A stretch of 62,969 bases of DNA, the filler included, from Octopus bimaculoides (Eukaryota): NCBI RefSeq assembly GCF_001194135.2. It is 6 parts of 6 records of this genome, joined end to end, with 100 filler letters (N's around TTAATTAATTAA, not from the genome) between each part and the next. Parts side by side here need not be neighbours in the genome. Positions count along the whole stretch, not along the records: positions 36,285 to 44,564 come from NC_069005.1; positions 44,665 to 58,174 come from NC_068989.1; 4 more parts are not named here. One strand, written 5' to 3'. Every line of letters starts with the position of its first letter. Positions within the stretch are counted from its first letter, which is position 1. The notes under the pieces were generated by a model. That model saw nothing but the letters and a program-made list of their open reading frames with translations, was not told where the DNA came from and did not search any database. Below, piece by piece: positions 38,869-52,254 of this stretch. Position numbers and translations under genes: made by a program.

Positions 38869-39428
38869 TATTCAGAAGAATGAATCGATTTCATTACACA
38901 ATATTTTAATTAGGAAAAGCAAGAGAAAACTCCAGCTAGGTCAGAAGTATTTACTCAAAATCAATTTTTTTTCCAGTCTAACAAGTGTTGAATGTGACCA
39001 CAACCTGCAGCACAGACAACAGGGATGCGATTAGAGAAGAATTCCTACCAGACGCGTATCAGCATATCATGATCCACTGAGTTCATCGCTGATGTTATTC
39101 GATTTTTAAGTGAATCGAATTTAGGTGGGTAGCGGTGGATCATAAACGCGAACTTTTACATATCCCCACAAGACTAAATCGCACACGATGAGGTATGGGG
39201 ATCTCGCAGGCCATCACACAGAACGCTGGGACACTTTTTCATTTAACAAAGCTCGAACCAGCATGTGCCAATGGGGTGATGCTCTATCTTATATAAGTGC
39301 ATATGTGTGTATGTGTGTATGCGAGTGTTTTTGTGTGCCTCTGTCTGTGTGTGTGTGTGCAACCGCAATTCAATGATAAGTAGTTTCTCCTGAATGTGAC
39401 GGTTCAGATTGCCTCACANNNNNNNNNN

Positions 39429-39461
<33 letters not shown>

Positions 39462-39524
39462 AAAGGATCTGTTATAATACTATTCCATATATACAAAAAC
39501 AGGCACATCAAGAATCGAGCATAC

Positions 39525-39582
39525 CTCCGTCATCAGCTGCCACATGGATATCACTATGGTTTCGACACCTTTGCCGTACCAT
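39525..39582 (-). CDS. Probable first coding exon of the same gene (MVRQRCRNHSDIHVAADDG)
   Basis: Exon 39607-39525: acceptor catattttag|TG, in-frame TGA directly before the ATG, strong donor GGA G|gtatgc. The phase 1 end joins the 37760 exon in frame (...DDG|EDNVK...). Confidence 0.5.
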
Positions 39583-40597
39583 TCAATCCGTCAGTGTCAA
39601 TCCGGCACTAAAATATGCGTTGTTTGGGATCAAACAAACTAAAAAAAACACAAATTTCAAATATATTTACCCAATGTACAACCGTATCGGTAAATAAAAT
39701 CCACATGTAGATTACAACCACTCCTACATACGTAACTAAACAGCTACAACTCTATTAAGTGATCAAAAATTATAATCCCTACAGTCTTCCGTAGTATAAT
39801 ATAAAAGTAAAACTTAATAACCACATTATTTGAATCAATCAATCTATAGGCAGGAAAAACACTAACTTTAATAAAACTACAGCAAGGAAACAGATAAACC
39901 ATTGTACATTGCATCTGTATTAATAGTAAACTGCAATAACTAAATTATATGGTAAATTGCGATCCATCTTTAAGTCCATATAAATAATAATCCCACCGGT
40001 ACTTCATAGATACTACTACAAAGAAATTTCAAACCTTACACAATTTTTTCCAAAACAAAACAGGATTGAAATTAATTTAATTAATATTTTTATGAGTGAA
40101 ACGCATTTCATCATTCAAATGTTAATAATAAAACACTACATACTCATTAATAACATTAAATTACACTTAAATTTCATTAAATAGGAACTAATAAAAGTAC
40201 TTGTAATAAACTATTATAAACATTGCTATGTTTGAAGCTAATTAAACTGGTTTAAAAGACAATAAAACTAAAAGTATTAAAACTACAAGAATTAACACTT
40301 CCATGTTTAATCAGACACGCGGTTCCATTGACGTAGTGCGTAATTACCACTTTCTCAATTGTGTCCATATCGATGACGTAGTAAGCTAATAACTCGAATC
40401 GTAAACCTTCAAATCTTTACAAACATTTGCTAAACTGAAGACTGGATGTTGCCCCATATTTATTTAATATTTCAATATATATANNNNNNNNNNNNNNNNN
40501 NNNNNNNNNNNNNNNNNNNNNNNNNNNNNNNNNNNNNNNNNNNNNNNNNNNNNNNNNNNNNNNNNNNNNNNNNNNNNNNNNNNNNNNNNTATATATA

Positions 40598-40925
40598 TAC
40601 GAGGGTGAGTCAAAAAAGAATTCCCATTTTGTTTAGGACAGGTATAATTACCAACACAGGAACATGTATCATACATCAAAATGAAGCTGGTCCTCTGTGG
40701 ATCACATCCCTACTTCTCAACACGGCCACCGTTTCTCTCAATGGCAATGTTCCACCTTCGAATGAGTGCATGTATCCCTGCCCCGTAAAATTATGTTGAC
40801 TGTTCTTTGAGCCACTTCTTCACTACAGTTTTCACTTCCTCGTCACTGGAATAATGTTTGCCTCTCAAACCCTCTTTCATGGGGCCGGAGAGATGATAGC
40901 CTGAAGGCGCTAAAGGATTCCCCGC
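40598..40925 (-). mobile_element. Mariner 3' fragment (second family)
   Basis: TA + TIR cgagggtgagtcaaaaaag; LAPSGYHLSGPMKEGLRGKHYSSDEEVKTVVKKWLKEQST...GIHALIRRW. Confidence 0.85.
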
Positions 40926-40951
40926 GTACGCACACACAGAAACACACACAG

Positions 40952-40990
<39 letters not shown>

Positions 40991-41694
40991 AGACAGGAAG
41001 CCGGTCCGTCGAAGTATTGCGCTTACTTGTCAGCTGAGTGAAACGAACTGTTTTTACTTAAAAACACAACCAATGGTCGTTGCGGGAATCGAAAGCGAAA
41101 CTTAGAATCATAAATGCAACGCACTAACCACTGAAACACGCCACTCCATTAAGTGATATCTAAGAACTGGTATTCTAAAATCCATCTATTAAATTACAAG
41201 AAACATAAAACGACAATTGCAACCTTATACTTTGAGATCGGACAAGAACAAGAACAGTACTTGTTGTTTTTTAAGTACATGGCCATATCTTTTAAGTTAC
41301 AAGTCGAAAGGACAATAGGGAAAGTTGTTTTTTCCGGTCGGATATAAAACTTACAACTTAAGACCTTGGACAAATACGGAACGATGTATTTTCCCACACT
41401 CTAAATATTCGGCAAAACACGCCGAAGTGGGAAAGTGTTTCTAATTCTTTTTATTGGAAAGGCTGATGTACACCACTTCAACATGTGTTCTTTGTCTCCT
41501 AGAACTGTGTGGCAACTTGTGTTGGTTGGTTTACGTAGCTCTAACTACAAAATTCATCATCATCATCATCATTTACATGATTGGCATCATCATCACTAAC
41601 ATCATCATTATCATCACCATCATCATCATCATTTACATGATTGGCATCATCATCATCATCAACATCACCATCACCATCACCATCGCCATTATTA

Positions 41695-41813
<119 letters not shown>

Positions 41814-42667
41814 TGCAGTAGTAGTAGTACAAAATTCATCAAAAGAGATCAACAGAAGAAAAATTAATATTGTGGTCGATTTTTTTCGGCGAAATCATTT
41901 ATAGAGGTGCCACAGCATGGCCAATGTCCAGCGACTTAAAAGAAACATAACAACAACAAAAAGAAAAGGCATAAACAAGTAAAGATGATAGAAGGTGGGT
42001 GTCTGCCCATATAACTTGAAGCTATTACGAGGATTCGAACTGATTTTGTCAGTTTAGCGGGATTAAGGGCAAAATGTGAAACCTGGAAAGATTCGATCTC
42101 ACAAACCAACGAACACAGCTAAAACGTAAATAACAACATAGAAATGACATTTCGACCAGTACTCTATCGATTTTGCCAATGCAGCAATGTAATCAGATGC
42201 AATATGATGATAATGATGTTGATGATGTGGGTGATGACGATGATGATGATGATAATGTTGATGAACATGATCATGGTGCTGAGGGTGATGCTGCTGCTTG
42301 TACTACTACTACTACTACTACTACTACTACCACTACTACTACTACTACTACTACTGCTGTTGCTGCTGCTGCTACTACTACTACTACTACTACTACTACT
42401 AATAATAATAATAAAAATAATAATGATAACGGTAGCAGCAGCAGCAGCAATAGTATTAATAATATTAATAAACCGTATTTCCCTTTAGCACTATATTAAC
42501 AATAAGTTAATTGAAAGTTGAAAATTTAGCGCTCAGTTAACGAAATATAACATTACGCTTATGTGTGAGATAGATACAATTGAGGAACAGAGAGAGAATC
42601 GACTCTTAGTAAAAGTTTTCATTATATAAAGGCAACATCATCAACTCGAACAAAAACGACCAGAAGC

Positions 42668-42723
<56 letters not shown>

Positions 42724-43416
42724 AAGCAATAGCGGTAGCATTTAATATGGCGGTGTTATCGGGAGTAGAGGAAACAGTAGAGTAACAATGGCGGTCATAT
42801 TTCCTTTCACGTATAAGTTTAGTCATAACCGGAAGTCAGTTTCTAACACCTATATAATACCCGTCATGTCTGAATTGAATGAATAATGTCCAATAACAGA
42901 TACAGAAACATAGGTGCGAAAGTATATACCGCACACATACATACATACATACATACATACATACATACATGCATACATACATAAGTAGTTGTATACATAC
43001 ACATATATGTGTTCACTCATATGGAATATACGAAGTTATCTGATTGTGTGTTTCTGTCCCTTTCCATATATATTTATGCGTACATCCACGCACACACATA
43101 TGCAGACTGATATACCTATGTGTGTGTAAGTCTGTGTGTATGTGTGTGTGTGTGCGTGTGTGTGTATATCTGGTAATATCAATAAATATATGAATATTCT
43201 TACAAAGTATATCTACAAGTGGATGGATCTATGTAATGTATATATATTTATATATATATATATATATATATATNNNNNNNNNNNNNNNNNNNNNNNNNNN
43301 NNNNNNNNNNNNNNNNNNNNNNNNNNNNNNNNNNNNNNNNNNNNNNNNNNNNNNNNNNTAAAGAGAGAGAGAATGAGAGATGCGTATACAATTATATGTG
43401 CGCGCACACACACACA

Positions 43417-43452
<36 letters not shown>

Positions 43453-44347
43453 TCCGGTGTGTGTGTGTTCGTGTATGTATATGTTTCATCTGCCTTTTGT
43501 AACTCGTAATGAGACAAAACTAACAATAACATGAAGAATAGGAATGTACACAATAACTCGCAAACTACACTCGGAAATGAACGTACACACTTGCACATAC
43601 CTACACACACACACACGCACGCGCGCACACACACACACACACACACAGAGGCACACACACACGTGCACGTGCACATATATACTCGCGCTTTTATATGGTG
43701 TCTACATACATGTGTATGTCTGTCCGTAATGCGTGTGTGTGTGTTTGCGTATATGTTAGTGAGTGTGTGTGTGTGTGAGTGTGTGTGTGTGTATGCGCGC
43801 CAGAATATATTAAATCGCTTTACAATTTAACACCTGTCGAGCCAAGCACAATTGTTTAAAGACTTCTCCATCTAAATTCCAAGAAACAAGCATATTACTA
43901 ATTCATGAATTATAGAAATATGTCTTGGAGTCCAGACTAGATATCGTTGTCTCTATAATAGAGTATATAATTTGAAATCTACCTCCATGTTTTCATAATT
44001 GATTCATCTCTTTACAGTCTTTCATACATCACTGTTGCATGGTGCAGCGCTGTTAGGTAGATATTTATCTGGAAGTGAATTTTTATAACAAATACGATAT
44101 AAATATTACAATTTAATTTCTACCTTCTCTCAGTTTGTTTGCGTAGTACTAGTTGAAAGGAACACATGCACATAGATATATGTGCACACACACAGAGGAA
44201 CACATGCATATAGGCACAAATATACACACATGCGTGTGTGAGTATGTATGAATATATATGTAAAAATGGCGTCAATTTTATCAGAATTGTTTAATGGGAA
44301 ACAAGAAGAAAGAAATAAAAAAGAACTTGTTGGTCTAATAGGATTAC

Positions 44348-44415
44348 GTTTGGAGTACGATGAATGCGAACCAGTTTGCGTCAACAGAGCTGGCCTCACC
44401 AGCTCTATAGAATAT
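44348..44415 (-). CDS. Candidate small exon (IFYRAGEASSVDANWFAFIVLQ)
   Basis: Acceptor gtcgtctctacag|ATA and donor CAA AC|gtaatc; phase 0 start is compatible with the 54310 exon end. Other frames and the plus strand are also partly open. Confidence 0.2.
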
Positions 44416-44516
44416 CTGTAGAGACGACCCTAATACTAACTATTTAACTGCCTACCTACCTACCTACTTACCTACCTATCTACCTATACACCTGCCTATC
44501 TATCTATGTATCTATG

Positions 44517-44548
<32 letters not shown>

Positions 44549-44714
44549 CATATATATATATATANNNNNNNNNNNNNNNNNNNNNNNNNNNNNNNNNNNN
44601 NNNNNNNNTTAATTAATTAANNNNNNNNNNNNNNNNNNNNNNNNNNNNNNNNNNNNNNNNNNNNTATATATATATATATATGCCGTGCCGATTTGTACTA
44701 TTCTGTAAGTAATA

Positions 44715-44905
44715 ATAATAGTATTTTATAAGCTTAAAGCGATCACTGCACAATGACTACAGAAAATAGTCTAATAATGGGACATAATACCACGACAGAA
44801 AAAGTAAGTTTTCTGTCGAGGGCTTATGTGTCCCATTATTAGGCTATTTTCTTTAGTCACTGAGCAGTGATCACTATCAGATTTAAGCTTATAAGATACT
44901 ATTAT
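44715..44905. mobile_element. Palindromic MITE or foldback element
   Basis: Arms about 88 and 97 nt, imperfectly complementary, around a 6-nt loop AGTAAG (44803-44808). Confidence 0.7.
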
Positions 44906-44925
44906 GTATATATTGTCTCTGCGTA

Positions 44926-44967
<42 letters not shown>

Positions 44968-45282
44968 TGTTTAAAAGGAATGTGGACCAATCGTTAGGGA
45001 GTTTGGCTCACGATTATAATTTCTGAACTCCGTTGAAGAAGAGACAACGTTTTACATCTTTATTCCTGTTGATTCAGCTGAGAATGAGTACCAGGCGAGT
45101 ACTGGTACAGTTCTCTCCCTCCAGGTCTTATATCTTGGATGCTCCGCTGGGTCAAAGAATGGCAGAGTCTAGATGATGTCTTTGTCTGCCCGAGACTACA
45201 TAGGAACTTAAAAGAATTGATGAAATCATGTTACATGTTACTAATTATTACATGCTCTTGTGTGATTGCTATTTTTCTACAG

Positions 45283-45359
<77 letters not shown>

Positions 45360-45528
45360 AAATGCATATTTGCATATATATGGTCATATTTATTTGTATA
45401 TTCTTTTTCTCCGAGCGACGCAACCACGATGAGTGTATACATACATATATTCATACATATATACTTACATACACACACATTATATATATGTATATATATA
45501 TATATATATACTCATATATACTCATACA

Positions 45529-45569
<41 letters not shown>

Positions 45570-46450
45570 TTTCACTGCAATTGAATCAGCTTCACTTAGT
45601 ATTATGGAAATCTTTCTCGCTAACCAAGTAATCCATTGATAATATTATTCAATGGAATATATTGCGAACCTTATCGACAGTTCTATAACCAGGTAAGCTC
45701 CGTATATTCACAATATATACATGCATGACTTTTTTGTTTTAAATTGCATTTATGTCTCCCGAGTATGTATTAGTATGTATTGCTACACGCACATATGCAC
45801 ACGCACGTGTATATTTACCAATACACACACACACACACACACACAGGGACACACACACACACACACACACTCGCAGGGACACACACACATACATGTATGC
45901 ATATGTAAATATATCGGCTTAAGTTTTTTATATATACCATGATTAAATGATATATAAGGAAAGACAGTTAATATCCATTTGCTTAATAAAAATCTGTATA
46001 CTCTAGCTTTGCAGGACGAAACTAGGGTCGGTTCATTTTTCATTCTAAGCTACTTGCTATGCTGTAATCATGTGATCTATTTCCATAACGAAATTGCTGT
46101 GGTCAGAAGCTTGCTTTCCACCCTGATGGTTCCGGCTTTAGTCCCACTGGGTGACACCTTAGGGAAGTGACCTCTATCTAGCCTCGGGCCGACTAAAGCC
46201 TTGTGAGTAGATCTGGTATAGAGAAACTGAAACAGGCCCGTCGTATATATACATATATATAGACACACAACCTATGTTGGTGTGTCTACGTCCCTGTAAC
46301 CTAGCAGTTCGGGAAATGATTGGGATAGAATAAGTACTAGGCTTACAAAGAATAAGACCTGTGGTCGATTTCGTCAACTAAAACAAACCCTTTCAGGCGG
46401 TGCTCCAGCATGGCCGCAGTCAAATGATTGTAGCGTGTAAAAGAGTACAA

Positions 46451-46491
<41 letters not shown>

Positions 46492-46875
46492 NNNNNNNNN
46501 NNNNNNNNNNNNNNNNNNNNNNNNNNNNNNNNNNNNNNNNNNNNNNNNNNNNNNNNNNNNNNNNNNNNNNNNNNNNNNNNNNNNNNNNNNNNNNNNNNNN
46601 NNNNNNNNNNNNNNNNNNNNNNNNNNNNNNNNNNNNNNNNNNNNNNNNNNNNNNNNNNNNNNNNNNNNNNNNNNNNNNNNNNNNNNNNNNNNNNNNNNNN
46701 NNNNNNNNNNNNNNNNNNNNNNNNNNNNNNNNNNNNNNNNNNNNNNNNNNNNNNNNNNNNNNNNNNNNNNNNNNNNNNNNNNNNNNNNNNNNNNNNNNNN
46801 NNNNNNNNNNNNNNNNNNNNNNNNNNNNNNNNNNNNNNNNNNNNNNNNNNNNNNNTATGCATACATGTATAGAAC

Positions 46876-46916
<41 letters not shown>

Positions 46917-46917
<1 letters not shown>

Positions 46918-47560
46918 GAGGAGGTACCCAAAGGAAACCGGAATTTTGCAATAATAATTTATTCACTTAGATTTACGTTTAAACTTTTATCGCCTTCAAA
47001 GTATTCTCCATTTCAAGCAATGTATCTGTCCAGATGCGTTTTCTACTGTTTGAAGTAGTTCTGGAACTCTTGCAAAGTGATGCTTATAACGGATCAGCTT
47101 CCAGCTATTCTTGCAGTTCACGACACGCATTCAGTCGTGACAGTTTTTGATCTTCCGTGATCAAGAGAGGCACAAATCTTGCTGCAACTCTTTTCATTCG
47201 CAATTCCTCATTCAAAATTCGTTGGCAGGAGCTCCAGGACACACCAATCATATCAACAAGTTCGTCAAATGTTCGGCGATGGTCGTCCAAGATCAATTCA
47301 TGAATTACCGTGATGTTTTCATTCGTTCAGGAGGTCGACAGTCGACCTAAACGAGATTGGTCTTCAAACGACAAGTAACTATTCCTGAAGCGTGAAATAC
47401 ACTCGTAAACGGGTGTTTTCCCCATGGAAGTGTCCTTGGAAACTGTTTGATGCGGTCCTCATGCATCAGTGACAGCAGTTTCGGCCGCAATTTTTCCCAG
47501 CAGGGAACAATTTCATGGATGCATATTGTTCCTTCGTTTCAGCCATCGTAAAAATTGTCG
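46917..47560 (-). mobile_element. Mariner fragment, same family as 33.5 kb, one TIR
   Basis: TA + cgaggaggtacccaaaggaaaccggaa; ILDDHRRTFDELVDMIGVSWSSCQRILNEELRMKRVAARFVP. Confidence 0.85.
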
Positions 47561-47574
47561 AAGAGGGGAGAAGC

Positions 47575-47870
47575 ACTGCAATATGACCAAAAACTGCGTG
47601 TACTCCATCCCATGCAGGTGTGGTAAGTTACACAAAGGCGAAACATATCGCCTCCTCAAAATAAGTAGAGGAAAATCGCAAAGCTGTGACACGAGGAGAT
47701 ATTGATAAATCAGGTATAGCTGATCATGTATGGAAAAATGGAGACTGCCTCCCCCTGTGGGTTGAAGTGAAAATAATAGACAGAGAACACCACTGAAAAA
47801 TACGAAAACTAAAAGAATCAGCACATATGCTAGGACACAACCAGTATTAAGGAAGGATAGCAAAATATTA
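47575..47870 (+). mobile_element. Penelope-like GIY-YIG endonuclease fragment
   Basis: KNCVYSIPCRCGK..KGET, then (frameshifted) GDIDKSGIADHVWKNG...KIIDREHH*KIRKLKESAHM. Confidence 0.75.
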
Positions 47871-47902
47871 GATTTATAAGCCCTAAAATTCACTCCATAA
47901 TT

Positions 47903-48121
47903 GCCTGCGGGCATATGGCATAGTGGTTAAGAGCGCAGGCTAATAACCTCAAGATTCCGAGTTCGATAATGATTATGATAATAATAACATCGAAAAATAC
48001 CTTAAGAATGAGAAACCATGTTCGAAATATCCCCACAACACCTGATGAAGGCTGGACAATATATCAGCCGAAACGTTGTGTTAACAACAAACAAGATGAG
48101 GACAAATATCCGTCAAATGTA

Positions 48122-48127
<6 letters not shown>
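47903..48127 (+). mobile_element. tRNA-headed, hammerhead-containing non-autonomous element (one arm)
   Basis: A box TGGCATAGTGG 47916-47926, B box GAGTTCGATA 47959-47968, short (AAT)-like spacer, body with hammerhead, tail gtaaataat. Confidence 0.75.
48037..48082 (+). ncRNA. Minimal type-I hammerhead ribozyme, intact core
   Basis: Stem I AACAC/GTGTT; core CTGATGA; A; stem II GGCTG/CAGCC with 10-nt loop; GAAA; palindromic stem III AACGTT; GUU cleavage triplet. Confidence 0.75.
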
Positions 48128-48157
<30 letters not shown>

Positions 48158-48249
48158 TGTACAGATATACATGTACGTATATGTATATATATCCCATATA
48201 TATTACATTAGTAGATCATTATATATAATATTGTTCTTTCTGGCGTGAC

Positions 48250-50480
48250 TTATATTGGCGAGTTGTGTCGAATGGTCTTAACTATGGAACAGAAGGAAGA
48301 CATAATGGAAATCGGAGTCATTACGAAATAATGTCTTGAAAATCAAAGTATTTATGCCTTACACAAGAATAAGAATATTTATAACCTATAAATAGGGTAA
48401 GTTATGATCACTTTATTAATGATTTCTGTATCTGTTTTAAATTCTGTTATTAGATAAAGCTGTTTTATACAGCTACCGAATCAATTTTTCAAAGACTGTC
48501 CCACATTGTACACCGTATACTTAATATCAATAGATCCACACGATAGACGCTTTGAGCTGGAAAATAGCCAAATTGAAAATTTAAGGGCTTATATTAAAAT
48601 TAAAATAATCTTGGGATATTAAAATATCAAAGACTTATATGATGAGGCAATTGATGATGAAGTGAATGCTAACATAGACCAATACAAGATTATGGAGTGG
48701 ATACGTAAAAATGCAGACGACCGCAGATAGTTGTGTGGTTGTATAAGATACGGTAACTGAGCGTTATAAGTTGGTGGATTTAAACAATAAATTGATAATT
48801 GTGACCATGTTTATGAACCTGGATATAAGAAATATACGGTGATTATAAGAACAGTACCTTTCTCATATTAAGAAAACATCTATAAGGCTCACAACAAGAG
48901 TTTTAAGATCAAAATCCAGCTGTCGTTAAGCATTGTCTTCTCTAACATTCTCCATGGCTATAAAAATTTTCCCCTTACTGAGACACTACAGAAGAAATTG
49001 AACATCTTCCAACAAAGATGCTCGCATGAGATACATCGCATTTCATACTGAGATTGTGCCACCAACTTGAAAGTATTAAGAAGATCAGGGTTTTCATACA
49101 TACTAAGTCAGGTGGTGACTGTGTAGAAGAGTTACACAGAAAGTCATGAAAGTAGGCAGTAAAAAATAGAAGAGAGGACTAACGTTTAGTGCAGGTGTAC
49201 TTTTCATTGGAAAAGCAGGAAATTAGTTACAGACTGAGTGCATTGGGTAAGCTGAAAAATCATGAGACTATGATTCATTTTTACAGAATAATAGAGAATC
49301 GTGTTTGTTAAGAAAAGGAGAGTGCGGGTTACACAGATTTATGGTTTTAAATTTAAAAATTAGACCAGATTTCTGTCTGGAACAATAAGATCTCGATAAG
49401 ATCAACTAGAGAAGTGGATTGGTGCAATTGCTGCAGTATTGGACCAAATGTCTTAAGGTGTTTGTTCAAGGTTTTTATGCTCTGGGATCGCCTGTGGCGG
49501 TACTGGCGTAGAGTTGTGTTTGACTTAGTGCTTTCTTTAGACAACATCGGAGACGTAACAAGAGGAGACTCACCACATGGGTATTCACTTATACTTTGTA
49601 CAAAAATAATTATATAAAATTTACTTAGATGCAGATCCTTAAACAACCCTGACTGATAGAGGTATGAAGGCTACATAGACATAAGGATATCAACCATATG
49701 GAGAAAAAAATCTGAAAATAGGATATGTTGAATAGAGAATTACAGAAAAATGAGTGGGGAAGAACAGAGAAGAAGGAATGATAATGTTCCTGAAATAATC
49801 CATTTGAAATTATTTAGAATAAGGAAGAATGACTAGAAGTAACTTCAACACCATTTCCGAATTATATTGAGTCTAAGAACATTAACGTTCTGAGAGTTTT
49901 GACATCAATGAAACCGTGCAATAGAAAATAAATAAGTTATGGCAACTTAGGAAAAACCAACATTAAAGTCTTTGATATTTTAGTATCTTCAGAACTTAGA
50001 AGCTTAAAAGGACGGGAAGGGGGATACGGTGAATCATGGAGACCTCAAGCTTGAGATTGGAACAAATGTTTCTTTGATAATAAAATATTTCAAGTTCCAC
50101 AGAGATAATACCACAGAGAGAGCTGTTTCCGGCTAGAACTTTACAAATGAACTCTGGTATATGAGACAGATTGTTAGCTTAGGTAGAGATTAAATGTAGG
50201 AGAAATACGTAAAAAGCTTTCTTTAGAATTACGCTATTGAACATAATATTAAATATTTAAGGAAAATGTGAGGCAAAAGCCGTGGGAAATTGTGCAGAAA
50301 GATATTGGTTGCTAATTGGTTATTTGTTTGCCATTCGACCACGTATGCGAAGATGCCAGTATTATAATTTACATAATGTCCAGGTTAATTCAAAGAAAGA
50401 CATCTTTTATGAGAAAGTTAAAGTCTTGTTTGATATCTTTTACTAAGTAAAAGCCCGATATTCATTCTTCTTTCTTATTT
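48250..50480 (+). mobile_element. Highly degenerate RTE-type LINE remnants
   Basis: IVFSNILHGYKNFPLTETLQKKLNIFQQRC...RISY*DCATNLKVLRRSG matches the RTE C-terminal region; the downstream part is weaker, possibly a second copy. Confidence 0.55.
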
Positions 50481-50629
50481 CCAATTCCAGTAAGATTTTT
50501 CACAAGCTGCTATTAGCAAGCAATATTGATATGAATTCTGAGGGATGATTTTGAACGAGTCTCTGAAGCGAAGTGCTACGTAAGAAACAATAACAACAAC
50601 AGCAACAATAACAATAACAACAACAAAAT

Positions 50630-51493
50630 AGTCACAAAACCTCAAGACAACGACCAATAGTAGTAATAATAATAATAATAATAATAAGAAGAAGAAGAAG
50701 AAGAAGAAGAAGAAAAAGAAGAAGAAGAAGAAGAAGAAGAAGAAGAAATAGGCAAAGCAAAATCCCAGCAATGCCTGAGAAGCTCAGGACTGAAAGCAGA
50801 GACTGAAGGATTTTTAATTGCAGCACAAGATCAAAACCTTCCCACCAGAAATCACCGAAGACACGTAATGAAAAGAAATACAAGTAACTGCAGAATGTGT
50901 GATGGAGAAATAATAAATCATATTGTCTCTGGCTGCCCAATCCTGGCTAAGAAGGAATATATTCACAGACACGACAGAGTTGGGACCTATATACACTGGA
51001 ATAACAGGAAGAAAAAGATGGTGTAGGTACACCTCAGAAAATGAGAAAGCAACCACACTCTGGAATATGCCAATACACACAGATAAAGAAATTAAGGCCA
51101 ACAGGTCGGATATAGCTGTCAGAGATCACAAAGAAAAAAAAATGCTTTCTAATCGATGTATCTATACCGACAGATGACAATGTTTCTCTAAGAGAAACGG
51201 AGAAAATTTCAAAAAAATCTGGAAATAGAGGTAACTGGAATGTGGATCTTAAAAATAGAAACAATTCCTATTGTAGTAGACGCATTTGGTATGATAAAAA
51301 AGCATTCAGACAAATGCATAACCAAAATACCAGGACTTACAAGTACATGTAACATACAAAAAATAGCACTTCTAGGCACTACACACATCAATGCAGTAAA
51401 AATAAGGGTACCACAACAAACCATAGTACATACCCAAGGCTCACAGAGCTGCGCTCGGTAGTGCAGTGAAAGCACGTGATAAAAACAAGACTA

Positions 51494-51540
<47 letters not shown>
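50630..51540 (+). mobile_element. R4/Dong-like LINE 3' fragment with (AAT)n tail
   Basis: LRSSGLKAETEGFLIAAQDQ, CRMCDG, HIVSGCPILAKKEYIHRHDRVG, NRSDIAVRDH, KIALLGTTHI; ends ACTACTG(AAT)n. Confidence 0.85.
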
Positions 51541-52254
51541 CAACAAATACAACAATAATAAAAGTTTTAAATTTTGGCAAAAGTCAGTAAGATCATGGGA
51601 TGGGGTAAGTCGATCACATCGACTCTAGTGCTCAAGTGGTACTTATTTTATCGACTTCAAATGGATGAAAGGCAAAGTGGACCTTGGTGGAATTTGAACT
51701 CAGAACGTAAAGCCAGACGAAATGTCACCTAAGCATGTCTGGTGTGCTAAATATTGATCATAGTATGAATAATGATTTGCCAAGGCACTAGCATTGACAA
51801 CTACTTGGTTCACTCAGTTGTAAACATTTGAATGAAATATCTGGTCTGCAGATAAGTTTCCTGCCGTCATTCTCAACGATAGATGAGCAACACCAATTTG
51901 CAGTACACATTCGAACTCCACTTTCGTGTCTAAGATCATTGACACTTCCCTTGCTCCTTGTAGTAAACCATAACAAGAGTTGAATAAGTATCTCACTGTG
52001 TTTGGTGCAATCATTTAAACAGTCACCCCACCCCACCAGAAAACTTTTATCCAAAAATATCCATAAATCATACAGGAAGTTAGATGGTGGAATAACCTAA
52101 AGATATGACACATCCCACGATATCTGGAGGTCATCAAGTTGCACTTACAATAAAGATGAGTGAATTACTTTCTCGTTCAAATTATAATCCCTTTGTTATA
52201 AACAGCCGATAGTATTGTCGGTTGTTAGATTGATTGATTTCTCTAGTCACATTA

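Noticed and set aside
37618-39034. Very long ORFs (416 and 430 aa) and similar long ORFs at 13.6, 16.5, 21.7, 32.1 and 46.4 kb
   Set aside because: Made of N-runs and (ATA/ATG/GT)n microsatellites; only the 37622-37760 part is supported as an exon.
41555-41655. 60-bp period duplication catcatttacatgattggcatc within (CAT)n
   Set aside because: Ordinary slippage duplication inside a microsatellite.
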